From NCBI GenBank assembly GCA_964577175.1, contig CAZNYC010000001.1, forward strand, positions 14,851-78,850: 64,000 nucleotides of DNA, read 5' to 3'. Below are positions 15,001-20,390 of the stretch, piece by piece; positions within the stretch are counted from its first letter, which is position 1, and each line of letters opens with the position of its first letter. This DNA is from an uncultured Anaerolineales bacterium. GTDB taxonomy: Bacteria > Planctomycetota > Phycisphaerae > FEN-1346. The notes beneath the pieces were generated by a model. That model worked only from the letters and a program-made list of their open reading frames with translations, was not told the origin of the DNA and did not search any database. The position numbers and the translations under genes were made by a program.

Positions 15001-17404
15001 GCCCGACGTCTTTCTGCGCTCCGGCACCGACCGCGACGTCGACATCGCCCACACCTGGGCCGACGACGGCGAGTTCCCCGTCACCGTGACCGTCGAGGCC
15101 GACGGCGAAGACGGCATCTACACCGACACCTTCACGGTCACGGTCGGCGAACTGCCGCCGTCCATCGGCCTGACCGGCCACGACGGCACGGAAGGCACGC
15201 CGGCCCTGGTCGAGGTCGTGCTCACGGATCCGTCCGGATCGCTCGGCGAGGGCGCCGAGGGATGGACCTTCACCGTGGACATGGGCGACGGCACCGGGCC
15301 GCAGCCGTTCGTCCCGCACGTCGACTTCCCGGACCAGGCCTCCGCCAACCTCCTGTACGCGTACAACGACGACGGCGACTACGACGTGACCGTGACGGTC
15401 GTGGACGACGACGGGACGGAGGTCGCGAAGCACGTCACGCTGAGCATCGCCAACGTCCCGCCCACGATCACGGACCTGGACGGCGACCAGTTGCTCGGCC
15501 AGGACGATACCGGCGCCTACACCGCCGCCGCCACCGATCCCGGCGACGACGCCCTCACCTACGAGTGGGACTTCGACGACGGCACCGAGCCCGCCTACGG
15601 CCCGGAGGTCACCCACGCCTTCGCCGAGCCCGGCACGTACATGGTTGAAGTAACCGTCGGCGACGGGCAGGACGAGACCTCCAAGGAAATCAAGGTTCAG
15701 GTGGACGACGACCTGCCGCCGACCGTGACCGGCACCGGCCCGTCGGCCGTCGGGGCGGAGGGCGTGCTCGCGGGGACGCTCGGCGACATCGTCCTGCACG
15801 TCAGCGAACCGCTCGACCCCGCCGACGCGGCCGACCCGGTCAATTACCTACTCCTCGAAGCCGGCCCGAGCGGCGCGTTCGACGACGGCGACGACGTGCC
15901 CTGCGCCCTGACCCCGCAGTACGTGCCCGGCCAGACGCAGGTCACCCTGGCAGTGGATGCCGGACCGCTCGCCGGCGGCCTCTACCGTCTCACGGCGCGC
16001 GGCGAGACGAGCCTCCACGACCCGGCCGGCAACCGCCTGGACGGCGACGGCGACGGCGACGAGGGCGGCGATTACGTCCGCCTCTTCCAGGTCGTCACCG
16101 ATGTCGTCTGGGGAGGCGCCTTCGGCAGCGATTGGGACGTGGCCGGCAACTGGTGGGGCGACCAGGTGCCGGGCCCCGCCATGACGGCCGTCTTCGACCA
16201 GGATACGCCCAACCAGCCCGCCCTCTTCCTCGACGGATCCGTCGGGCATCTCGACCTGCGCAGCGCCGGTTGGACCATCCATGGCCACGAGCAGACGCTC
16301 GTCGTCGGCGGCATCAACAGCACCGGGCCGGGCAACAACACTCTTGAACCGGACGTCGAACTCGCACGCGACGCCACGTGGACCGTCGGCGACGGTAACA
16401 GTCTCGTCCTGAACGGCCCCCTCGGCGGCGGCGACCACACGCTCACGAAGGACGGCGAGGGGACGCTCGTCCTGGCCGGCGGCCAGGATCACGGAAGCGG
16501 CCTGTCGCTCGCCATCACCGGCGGCACGGTGCGGGCGGAGGGTGGCGAAACGCTCGACCTGGACGGCCTCTCCATGAACTCGACCCTCGACCTCACGACC
16601 GGCAGCCTCGCCGTCGACTACGAGCCGGGCGCCAGCCCGTTCGACGACGTCGAAGCCTGGGTCGTCTCCGGCTATGGCGGCGGGACGTGGGACGGCACGG
16701 GCGTCGCCTCGAGCACGGCCGCGAACGACGGCATGCCCACCGCCCTCGGCGTCGGCGACAACACCGACCCGCTCCTCGGCCTCGCGGACCTGGAAGGCGA
16801 ACCCCTCGACCCCGACGGCTCCGACGTCCTCGTCACATTCACCTGGTACGGCGACGTGAATCTCGACGGCGTCGTCGATGCCGCCGACTACGCCATCATG
16901 GACCAGTCGTGGAACAACGGGTCGCAGAGCCCGGCGGGCGGCGGCCAGTGGCGGTGGGCGTGCGGCGACGTGAACTACGACGGCATCGTCGACGCGGCCG
17001 ACTACGCCCTCATCGACCAGGTGTGGAACCACTACGGGGGCCAGACGCTGGCCGGTTCGTCCGAGCCCGAGCCCCTCGCTTCGCCGCCGGACGGTGCGCT
17101 CGCACCGCGTCTCGACATGTCCAACGAGACGGCGATGCCGGCAGAGGGCACGGGCGACGGCGGCGGCAGGCCGGCCGCGACGGCACCGTCCCCCGTGCCG
17201 ACGGGCTCCTTCGAGGCCGAGGCCCGGACGACACCTGCGCCATTCCGTGGCCTGGTGACCGCGTCGCCGCAGGAGCCCCCTTCCGCGTCGCCACGCTGGT
17301 TGCCCCGGCACGAGGCCGGCCTGGAAGACGGCGGAAGAGGCGCTTCAGACAGGCTGAGGGACCCGTTGGCCGTCCCCGCTCTCGACATCACGTTGGGGAT
17401 GTGA
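2..17404 (+). CDS. Giant multi-domain cell-surface protein (adhesin-like), 3' portion; 5' end lies upstream of window
   Basis: Frame is open from nt 2 through the listed 107..17404 ORF (>5,765 codons, no stop). Hemolysin-type Ca-binding GGxGxD repeats (aa ~1-30, ~720-770, ~1030-1085). PPC-like domains with DWYTFT/DWFRFT/EAWFRFT motifs. About 12 FG-GAP repeats (GDVNGDGYDDL, nt ~4250-7750). Two MAM-like modules ending GWYVDDV/GWLVDDV (nt ~5050-5400 and ~13070-13410). ELWxxDGT repeats (QLWVSDGT, ELWRTDG, ALWRTDGT, ALWISDGT, TLWVSDGT at nt ~8480-9500; RELYVWDxN series at nt ~13600-14650). LRR block (nt ~10370-10790). PKD domain (nt ~15500-15730). Two dockerin repeats GDVNLDGVVDAADYA / GDVNYDGIVDAADYA (nt ~16850-17040). 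Stop TGA at 17402-17404. Confidence 0.9.
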   Translation, partial: DGVTEFGVFIDPATGHLYDDSNGGLYDLEGTGLNRMLGQAGDDRLYGGTSLDFLYGNGGDDELYTRDGERFEAAYDVPAGDEWKAYAQSTNKAWYYGATGADDVIAVDFVTEPGLLKDHHLITRLTNNGGNYSFDAQVRLDFSAVDDEGNYIWDPVDTLTDIERIRAQDPDERAAGDPYRDILLTDGLLPPEGDFLAIIIDCLEGNDQVTVGPTVQKTVWTDGGPGDDRIEYLAGNAILVDRTESPRNEVVGDPADVSRAWALPGPAAVLLDSPDLVLDDSALFTLSAGGGEPVEVILAAAATTDNTTPDDLVADLAAALDGAGLTGVVTAVNMNGQVALRTTAAGPDAALEVHSANSVARTALGLEQGQVSGGITIAGSAAFTGLTVDNPDDVDWYTFTMADYGSPATIALESASSADELVARLYRLASDDTLVQVATNEGVPLPITPDATEGVLVAPNALSTFRFTEDVTFSLILDGDEADPLEVAVPLAQTSDNLNLAYLVADLNTALAGVPRGEGVVAGQWEGRITFAPAEGSGISDLAIRDAAQLGFPPVKAPGDVPNAWPLDPIENLDRVRGLTVHDAADADWFRFTLAGDSAGKAGTLTLEQTAGSGNLRLDLYDAGGVPLLGRRVDPAEGTAVLNTREVGGLAAGTYYLRVTHHDPATNDLPTQYDLVTAMPGDGMTQYDLSGKGTAALTFTPDPDEVYYLQITTPNHLPTVYDLAIDAGDGAEAAEVDLATRSDHVRRDVLIGGEGHDVLRGGPAEDWIFGGPGNDVLTGGLDYQESDLLFGGEGDDTFQIIPTPLGPTPDAGPETRVDRFDGGEGTDRVLYLGGDTDRLGRPVPDHVAIRWNRFIYRYEFVALQWDTANQTFVVDPNKKVRAKVVAGDAAPEDGVLSGDAVFSLQLGGTEYGPITVSADATDGGDGTPANETLQDLVDDLDAAILAAGLSEHFLAGNEGVLLTLASVGHGEDLTVVSPNAVAEEELYFADGVTAPGTVAAYLQNYSFYQAIDVERTVIDTQAGDDEVRGDPEYKFPLADDSGVIDEEWGIKAGHYQEGAYIGALEIYGGEGNDRLFGGYLADTIDGGPGTDYIAGSMGDDHLTGGPGADLIVGDGGVEPDRFEFVTRAGEDGTNTSPIFAALLEGLGSDTILSNLSFSLADRGDWYVIPTPTAKQAFGTADAAHVTVEEVLKGLAFDDDLDMDLFEGRLLPEASGSEWDGPGAYLFAAEVDDPDAELSLIPSEQFAGVPDYYMLHIVNPRSFGVKAVDAPDTEGIDPVTPENVTLWLEIDGEATAPFTITVHNAESASSLITRNEPGDDPNLNEVLAGAGLADRAIAWYDPRSPDRIVLSLRRDGWAKVRFADPSQARLLGFEDGQDNLGPVEALGTYSLTLPPELGDVTDVGPEAADQVVSPAQPTDVPRLIPLGDLNGDGSADFVTTARDTVGPWSLISETPAGVHPQEMVGPSYATIYLSDPLLDEVSAEDGRFVTLELPAPAERNSLYILSAFAGPADYNGDGYDDLAVGVTSQTLALDTYTKQGVYIVFGHGGEWDEPIDILHEADAILTGFENLMDVAAAGDVNGDGYDDLLASDNGAPVGAERGRTLLFYGGPNAFAGSGVLYRAEFSPRNAGGFTIDNRIGADEDGLWHLSTGRGADPYHSADTSFYFGTGEDEAGGGHYDVGDTAGRITSPLVTLDHAVTNLELSFTYFLETERAGTGPLGWDDATVGVSVNGNAFAQVVSNDDALVECQGDEAWWHRATVDLGALAKGDTVQVRFQFDTGDYISNDHEGWYVDDVMLRATLDAEALADAALYGEYDLEFNGRVLAGVGDVNKDGYDDFAVGNTGVEPDHAAQVYLVLGRAGAMPTGGIAGIAAERFDFPYMWPMMAIRPTGHVEGTTGDDFAVFLSHPSGRYTYVVYYTGSVFDMFNVSGELIPVGDVNADGLADIAAAGVETTQTLEEDGSRVDHQVFQVFLNESHTSWTDPGAFDVPDLVFESARPLYAESGSLQLLTGLFAGVGDVNGDIVADVALGDSLGGNVRVYFGRELLDTESEATAAEDPDLFRLPLAKPWLPEPEGRQGLDLNEPAPPDIRDAWRVEGDAREDHLSGSGSVGDFNRDGYDDLLVWDDEAAHVLLGPVKFDRAEAIDPRGEIHVDLAGKARFGMAAGFGDVDGDGFDDLLFVHLEEDHLGPGGDVWFVSAIWGNADPARTLSAADAEPLIQLYADDYATGETPQLLLLNWDGDERTDVYVHFRHPGTGDIPYHGVLYGGASLTRGGGPASTADRYFDVGDGSDDEEALGAHLFGEDWDEAYELSELTGPLTALATDITGDGLDDLLFARQDAFSVEEIGQGPLPNVGRVYSLSPGAVNPKDRLVTVGDEAMGFPTAGVIAEDLAFAAGIFDIGDANRDGKQDVAVTRPFEKADEAEGSVLVYYGSAWWPGPLSAADAAVTLRRVEADVLPADTYIEGPIDVTAGDFDGNRVPDLAVSQPAWQLTDGVSIFDQDSRGVVHVVWNVADLATHAGGDLVLVDGPVDLDGDELQDLLALEGQTEGDRFGTLPLTIHLNLDHDRYDDLVVGAPLSDAIGQTVKEEAGKVYAVYGSPRRRSLPDGWTEITNKSFTGLGDRLVNPATGRPDTYTDQDNDGDGTPDTNDFTVPPPGAGRDTEAWFRFTTAGDGKAGDTIRLLPTAYDELEVLLNGPAGHLDLGTGEVVDSASTIEVGGAPDRLGIFEFNLSELLEQLGNPDGIEKAELTLHARIDPHLPFTKPGAYAEAGGLVYFLGADPVQGGHRLCVTDGTLQNTEAVARVYAMAPYQMVSAGGDIFFYASDNEWGPQLWVSDGTDKGTRRLTQLGWPGDGTLISHLTAWNGDVYFEAIDEDGPQLYRTEHLGGGEFDLVRLTDEAGGFNVTKLVPGANRLLVSRLKDGGEVNVYGLYATDGRPVTDLGEFELDGGSQFLQYTGERDGWTYFGSENWGGTEELWRTDGLNAKFVADIPVADANTRLKGFSPLGDWMYFIAGENALWRTDGTGANTSHKLDFFSLYEPGVNQADAVAADGRAFIVARGEAPTGRKFRIYRLNPSGECVPVREFGAGSWSLRRLEAFGDKAVFQLDAAQPPQTALWISDGTERGTRVHHGSLDPGNNLTDWAVIDDAIYFDEDSPIDETVTLWVSDGTKPRSITHAGTRTAPATFDLLDEEGDMAVTLRDGVVPAAFAATADFTTSSAKQTVEIDLTDFVKSALEEGYRRATLRMTSDPSLAWEIDIPTGDIPVPTGLEITRAHGVLADVLDGNGGVLYQGLGAIDMRWLDAGTYYLRVYNPHAWAQTEPVRFAIDFMAPFQGQAHEATDMDRIEGDDGDDILVGGAHLDRLFGESGEDAFLTEAVEVRDLAPYEFTRAPDAEDRLVSDKPSIIDPAVNDVFTDVPVIQAVAEALDIPLISGLFAVPRFAIPVYASEMNTLVRLDLSYTSLMDLSGLEYATNLMTLDLSDTTAAGMLHDIEPRAAEADMPDAGLQVGLARLRYLSLDGTGVAAADLESLELIVTLRTLSASGNQIETTDALEDLYQMRWLDLSDNRLESLDSLARMPDLEYALLENNYLLDVGPLVYGAIIDDGDWDTGYGEYIGDGSDYRWFHTVYPVATAFRGDYHFLPSDAQWPDEDLVARYEFTGLPHDDYEVLATWHAHQGQSSTVTYTIPGPDEAVDVVVNQKFDPSGPAWGGRPWQSLGVFQPLADETLPVTLRHEGSDGTVVADAVMLLSTEGPVQNLRLLNLLGNGLDTDSHDIYLPLLGDRVTNEDYELLVEPNAASPVWDQAIDPQHLPFNPVLYGTGTIEGLEAYLSDPAGWDMLVGMGGSPEVLRYAGPYDAEPGAFLGRLGSTKAPWQEGTHQVAAGVYDAYGFLLVVDHGTDRLVRLDPVTGKILQTANLTGMGGLHGPTDITTYGNKAYLADPLSRTLLAFEVTAASFSGPTPVTALPGTPYTYRIAYLPGDPTDGILVGFQTDDHTDWVRRYDLDTGAAWTVIDTDDLHWDDLCDIAVADDGTIYALTWDFVGGSHPIELNVLAFASNGDPLNAGNPLVTDTLPTGAQDATMELGPDGRLYVTNPPEAAVCVYNLDTGAREETLVSGAGALLAPSFVTFRPPTYSYEVVTDTGGAGGGAGAQLVDGDVRDVFTFETAPGYQGTAQMTVIARDAMRRPGLGRNLPKRGRDAEITFNLHAGTGGIYGTKFDDLDGDAERDVGEPGLENWVIFLDLNADGDRDSGEPWTLTDANGDYALVDLDFGHYVVAETPQDHAGQTFPEPGQAVGETVLLDTDFEEGEDGFTIENVGGGAPGLWHRSDYHGGEAGHGGDWCFYFGREPEHDYDTGTPAGRIITPEISLAGVTDAALSFNYYLDVEYSRSYDWADVYVSTSGFAWTKVASRYGETDPDLEWIIDREEVSSWHSLTVDLDDWLGEEIVIKFEFRTFSPQYNDHEGWLVDDVTVTADLAAAGVHAVLVDDDEPVADDRDFGNQQIVDAGPDRQVDEGDVVELDAWVADLEVAYLLEDINGAGSSGPLWFTEYAGDLYFAATGSQGRELYVWDDNAVQMVADIRPGALSSSPSELTVYDGALYFAADDGSTGTELYRYTPKDGVQLAADIAPSGSSTPANLFVWDGNLYFSAYETAAVGRELYVLSDKGAHLAADVNPEGSSDPGEFAAYGGHLYFAATTRGTGRELYAYDGNRVQPAADIRPGTPSSEPTDLIAFNGYLFFAATHPDAGRELLVWDGSEVAVALDLAPGAVGFPAVPRSSSPQYMTYHKGGLYMAATNSQGDRELVAWDGSSKVSWIDVNDDGSSHPYDLVVFDNRVYFTASDDIHGQELFRLEGLKAVLAADIREGASSSPAAMTPYNGKLFFQAVDTGVGDELFCFDLDPGLAYHWLVTGGPYTNPTSYDEAHFEFTPIDADIYLATLTVTVEGTGDTYQDRCRVFADDVLPTVEAGPDAAVGEGETFERSLTIDDPGWDDWTVTVSWGDGAEPDVFLRSGTDRDVDIAHTWADDGEFPVTVTVEADGEDGIYTDTFTVTVGELPPSIGLTGHDGTEGTPALVEVVLTDPSGSLGEGAEGWTFTVDMGDGTGPQPFVPHVDFPDQASANLLYAYNDDGDYDVTVTVVDDDGTEVAKHVTLSIANVPPTITDLDGDQLLGQDDTGAYTAAATDPGDDALTYEWDFDDGTEPAYGPEVTHAFAEPGTYMVEVTVGDGQDETSKEIKVQVDDDLPPTVTGTGPSAVGAEGVLAGTLGDIVLHVSEPLDPADAADPVNYLLLEAGPSGAFDDGDDVPCALTPQYVPGQTQVTLAVDAGPLAGGLYRLTARGETSLHDPAGNRLDGDGDGDEGGDYVRLFQVVTDVVWGGAFGSDWDVAGNWWGDQVPGPAMTAVFDQDTPNQPALFLDGSVGHLDLRSAGWTIHGHEQTLVVGGINSTGPGNNTLEPDVELARDATWTVGDGNSLVLNGPLGGGDHTLTKDGEGTLVLAGGQDHGSGLSLAITGGTVRAEGGETLDLDGLSMNSTLDLTTGSLAVDYEPGASPFDDVEAWVVSGYGGGTWDGTGVASSTAANDGMPTALGVGDNTDPLLGLADLEGEPLDPDGSDVLVTFTWYGDVNLDGVVDAADYAIMDQSWNNGSQSPAGGGQWRWACGDVNYDGIVDAADYALIDQVWNHYGGQTLAGSSEPEPLASPPDGALAPRLDMSNETAMPAEGTGDGGGRPAATAPSPVPTGSFEAEARTTPAPFRGLVTASPQEPPSASPRWLPRHEAGLEDGGRGASDRLRDPLAVPALDITLGM

Positions 17405-17485
17405 CCGGCTCCTGACCCTTCGAGGGGAACGGGGCGTTGTCTCGCTCCATCCCCTCAGCACGGATGGCCTTCCTGAGTCGGGGCG

Positions 17486-20158
17486 TCACAAATCACGTTC
17501 GAGGCAGGGCTGAATCAGGTTGGCCACCAGCGCCGTCCAGCCGGTCTGGTGCGAGGCGCCCAGCCCCTCGCCCGTGTCGCCGTGGAAATACTCGTGGAAC
17601 AGGACGGCCTGGCGGGGCAACGGGTCGTCGTCGGCGAGGTGCTCGCCCATGCCGGGGCGCCGGCCGTTTGCGTCAAGCGTGAAAAGGCTGATGAGCCGGC
17701 GGGCGAGGTCGTCGGCGGCCTCCGCCAAGGTCATCCGGTTGCCCGAGCCGGTGGGCACCTCGACGGTGAAGGCGTCGCCATAGTAACGGTGGTAGGTGCG
17801 AAGGGCCTGGATGAAGAGGAAGTTGATGGGCATCCAGACGGGCCCGCGCCAGTTGGAGTTGCCCCCGAACAGGGCGGTCTGCGACTCGCCGGGCTCGTAC
17901 TGGATGCAGTGCTGGCCGACGCCCTCGCCGACGGTGCAGGTCTCGGTTTCGTGGGCCTTCGAGAGCGACCGCAGGCCGTAGGGCGAGAGGAACTCGTCCT
18001 CGTCGAACACGCGGGCGAGCACCCGCTCCAGGCGGTCGCGGTCGCAGATGGCGAGCAGGCGCCGATTGCCCTCGCCCTCCTCGGCGATGGGGGCGATCGG
18101 CTTCAGAAGCCACGGACGGTGGTCCAGAAACCACTCCATCCGCCGGCGGAAGTCCGGCACGGCGTCGAGCGTGTCGGGGGCAACGGTTTCGGCGGCCAGA
18201 AGCGGAATGAGTCCGGTGTACGAGCGGGCGCGCATCTGCTGGAACCGCCCGCCCGGCAGGTGGAGGACGTCGTAGAAGAAGCCGTCCACCTCGTCCCACA
18301 GCCCCACGCCCCCGCCGCCCACGTTGGTGATGGCACCGGCAATGTAGATGAAATGCTCGAAGAACTTGGTGGCCACGTCCTCGTAGGCCGGGCGGGTCCG
18401 GGCCAGGTGCAGGGCGATGCGAAGCATCGCCAGGCAGTAGGCGGCCATCCACGCCGTACCGTCGGCCTGTTCCACGTGCCCGCCGCCGGGCACGGCGCCG
18501 CTGCGGTCGAAAACGGCAATGTTGTCGAGTCCCAGGAACCCGCCCTGGAACACGTTGTTGCCGTCGGCGTCGAGGCGGTTGACCCACCACGTGAAGTTGA
18601 GCAGCAACTTGTGAAAGATGCGTTCGAGGAAGTCGGGGTCCTCCTCGCCGGTAACCTCGGAGGCGATGCGGTGGACCTCCCAGGCCGCCCAGGCGTGGAC
18701 GGGCGGGTTGGCGTCGTCGAGGCTCCACTCGCCACCGGGCAACTGGCCGCTGGGGTGCATGTACCACTCGCGAAGGAGCAGAATGAGTTGGCGCTTGGCC
18801 CACTCGGGGTCGACGCGCGCCAGCGGCACCGTCTGAAGGGCCAGGTCCCAGGAGGCGAACCAGGGGAACTCCCACTTGTCGGGAACCGAGAGCACGTCCG
18901 CACAGTACAGGTGCCGCCAGCCGGCGTTGCGGCCCTTCCGGCGCTGCGGCGGCGAGGGGTACGCCGGGTCGCCGTCCTGCCACAACTGGACGCCGTAATG
19001 GTAGAACTGCTTGTTCCACAGCAGCCCCGCCAACGCCTGGCGCTCGATGCGGCGCCGGTCGTCATCCAATCCCTCGGGTTGGACGGCGGCGTAGAAGGCG
19101 TCCGCCTCGGCGATGCGGGTCCGGAAGGTGTCGTCGAAGCCGTCGAACGGCGCGTCCTGCGCGTGGGGGCTCAGGCGGACTCGCACGGTGAACGCCTCGC
19201 CCGGGCGGACCACCGCCTGGACATGCGCGGCCGCCTTCGTGCCGCGCCCGTCCGGATTGACGCGTCCCCCGTCGCCGTCGACGACGGCGTCGTTGATGCC
19301 GTCCTTGGTATACGTCTGCTCGTTGGGCCGGTTGAACAGCCGCCGGTGGTTCGTTGCGTTCTCGGTGAAGAGCAAGCGCGGTGCCGTCTGGTCCTGCGTG
19401 TCGACATACCACCAGCGGTCCCCCAGGTGCCGGTCCCACGCCTTGACGGCTGCCTCGCCGGCCGCTTCGAGCGCCGGCGGCTGCCGCTTGTAGCCCCAGC
19501 CCCACGTCTTACGGAACCAGAGGTGCGGCAGGACGTGGAGCGGGGCCGGCTCCGGGCCGCGGTTCGTGGCGGTGATGCGGCACAGGAGGTCCTCTTCGTC
19601 GCGCTTGGCGTACTCGATGAGGACGTCGAAGTACCGCCCCTCGGCGAAGGCGTCGGCCAGGGCGTCGGCGAGTTCGAACTCCGGCTCGCCCCGGCCGCGG
19701 CGGCCGTCCTCCTCCACCAGCCGCCCGTACGGAAACCGCACCTGCGGGTACCGGTATAGCATCTTCATGTACGCATGCGATGGGAGGCCGTCGAGATACG
19801 CGTACACCTCCTTGACGTCCTCGCCGTGGTTGCCCTGCGTGCCGGTCAGGCCGAAGAGGCGTTCCTTGAGGATCGGGTCGCGTTCGTTCCAGAGGGCGAC
19901 GGCCAGGCAGAGGTTCTGGAAGCGGTTGCAGACGCCACCCAGGCCGTCCTCGTTCCAGCGGTAGGCGCGGGCGACGGCGTGGTCGAACGGGAAGTACTCC
20001 CACGCCGACCCGTCCGGGGAGTAGTCCTCCCGCACGGTGCCCCACGTACGTTCGGCAACGTAAGGCCCCCAGTTCTTCCAGTCGGCTTCGCGGGCGGCGG
20101 AAGCGGCCATCCGGCGGTGCTCGGCGGTATCGGGGTAGGTCATAGCGGCGCCTTTCAT
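17486..20158 (-). CDS. Glycoside hydrolase family 63-like protein (mannosylglycerate/glucosylglycerate hydrolase-type glucosidase)
   Basis: 890-aa ORF. The N-terminal motif WKNWGPYVAERTWGTVREDYSPDGSAWEYFPFDHAVARAYRWNEDGLGG is characteristic of bacterial GH63/MGH-family enzymes. ATG at 20158 is preceded by GGGGGTGA (RBS-like). Confidence 0.65.
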   Translation of the reverse strand: MKGAAMTYPDTAEHRRMAASAAREADWKNWGPYVAERTWGTVREDYSPDGSAWEYFPFDHAVARAYRWNEDGLGGVCNRFQNLCLAVALWNERDPILKERLFGLTGTQGNHGEDVKEVYAYLDGLPSHAYMKMLYRYPQVRFPYGRLVEEDGRRGRGEPEFELADALADAFAEGRYFDVLIEYAKRDEEDLLCRITATNRGPEPAPLHVLPHLWFRKTWGWGYKRQPPALEAAGEAAVKAWDRHLGDRWWYVDTQDQTAPRLLFTENATNHRRLFNRPNEQTYTKDGINDAVVDGDGGRVNPDGRGTKAAAHVQAVVRPGEAFTVRVRLSPHAQDAPFDGFDDTFRTRIAEADAFYAAVQPEGLDDDRRRIERQALAGLLWNKQFYHYGVQLWQDGDPAYPSPPQRRKGRNAGWRHLYCADVLSVPDKWEFPWFASWDLALQTVPLARVDPEWAKRQLILLLREWYMHPSGQLPGGEWSLDDANPPVHAWAAWEVHRIASEVTGEEDPDFLERIFHKLLLNFTWWVNRLDADGNNVFQGGFLGLDNIAVFDRSGAVPGGGHVEQADGTAWMAAYCLAMLRIALHLARTRPAYEDVATKFFEHFIYIAGAITNVGGGGVGLWDEVDGFFYDVLHLPGGRFQQMRARSYTGLIPLLAAETVAPDTLDAVPDFRRRMEWFLDHRPWLLKPIAPIAEEGEGNRRLLAICDRDRLERVLARVFDEDEFLSPYGLRSLSKAHETETCTVGEGVGQHCIQYEPGESQTALFGGNSNWRGPVWMPINFLFIQALRTYHRYYGDAFTVEVPTGSGNRMTLAEAADDLARRLISLFTLDANGRRPGMGEHLADDDPLPRQAVLFHEYFHGDTGEGLGASHQTGWTALVANLIQPCLERDL

Positions 20159-20263
20159 CAGGTCACCCCCATTCTAGGCCGACGCCGGCCGGGTAAACAA
20201 GAAGCGGCATAGAAGGCCGGCCGGGCTGGCAAGAGAGGCGTGCCATGGCTTTTCGCTAAGTGC

Positions 20264-20293
20264 TTGTCACGAACCGGCTGCAAGCCCTAGAAT
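20264..20293 (+). promoter_or_regulatory. Sigma70-like promoter for the rSAM-ArsM operon (TTGTCA-N18-TAGAAT)
   Basis: TTGTCA at 20264-20269, an 18-nt spacer, and TAGAAT at 20288-20293, about 100 nt upstream of the GTG start at 20391. The 5' UTR contains the hairpin cgttcgggccttccgaacg. Confidence 0.35.
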
Positions 20294-20390
20294 CGGTGTG
20301 GTCCAGAGACGACTCGCCACGTTCGGGCCTTCCGAACGGCCAGGGCCGGCCGGCGGCGGGCAGTGCAGGACATCCCTTGAGGAGCGCACC

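Noticed and set aside
7505-15799. 2,764-aa minus-strand ORF antisense to the giant gene
   Set aside because: Same reasoning: it is a compositional artefact, while the sense strand shows FG-GAP/ELW/PKD domains.
17549-19759. 736-aa plus-strand ORF (and the 448-aa minus ORF 17673..19019) overlapping the GH63 gene
   Set aside because: Antisense or out-of-frame low-complexity translations. The GH63 frame carries the conserved motifs.
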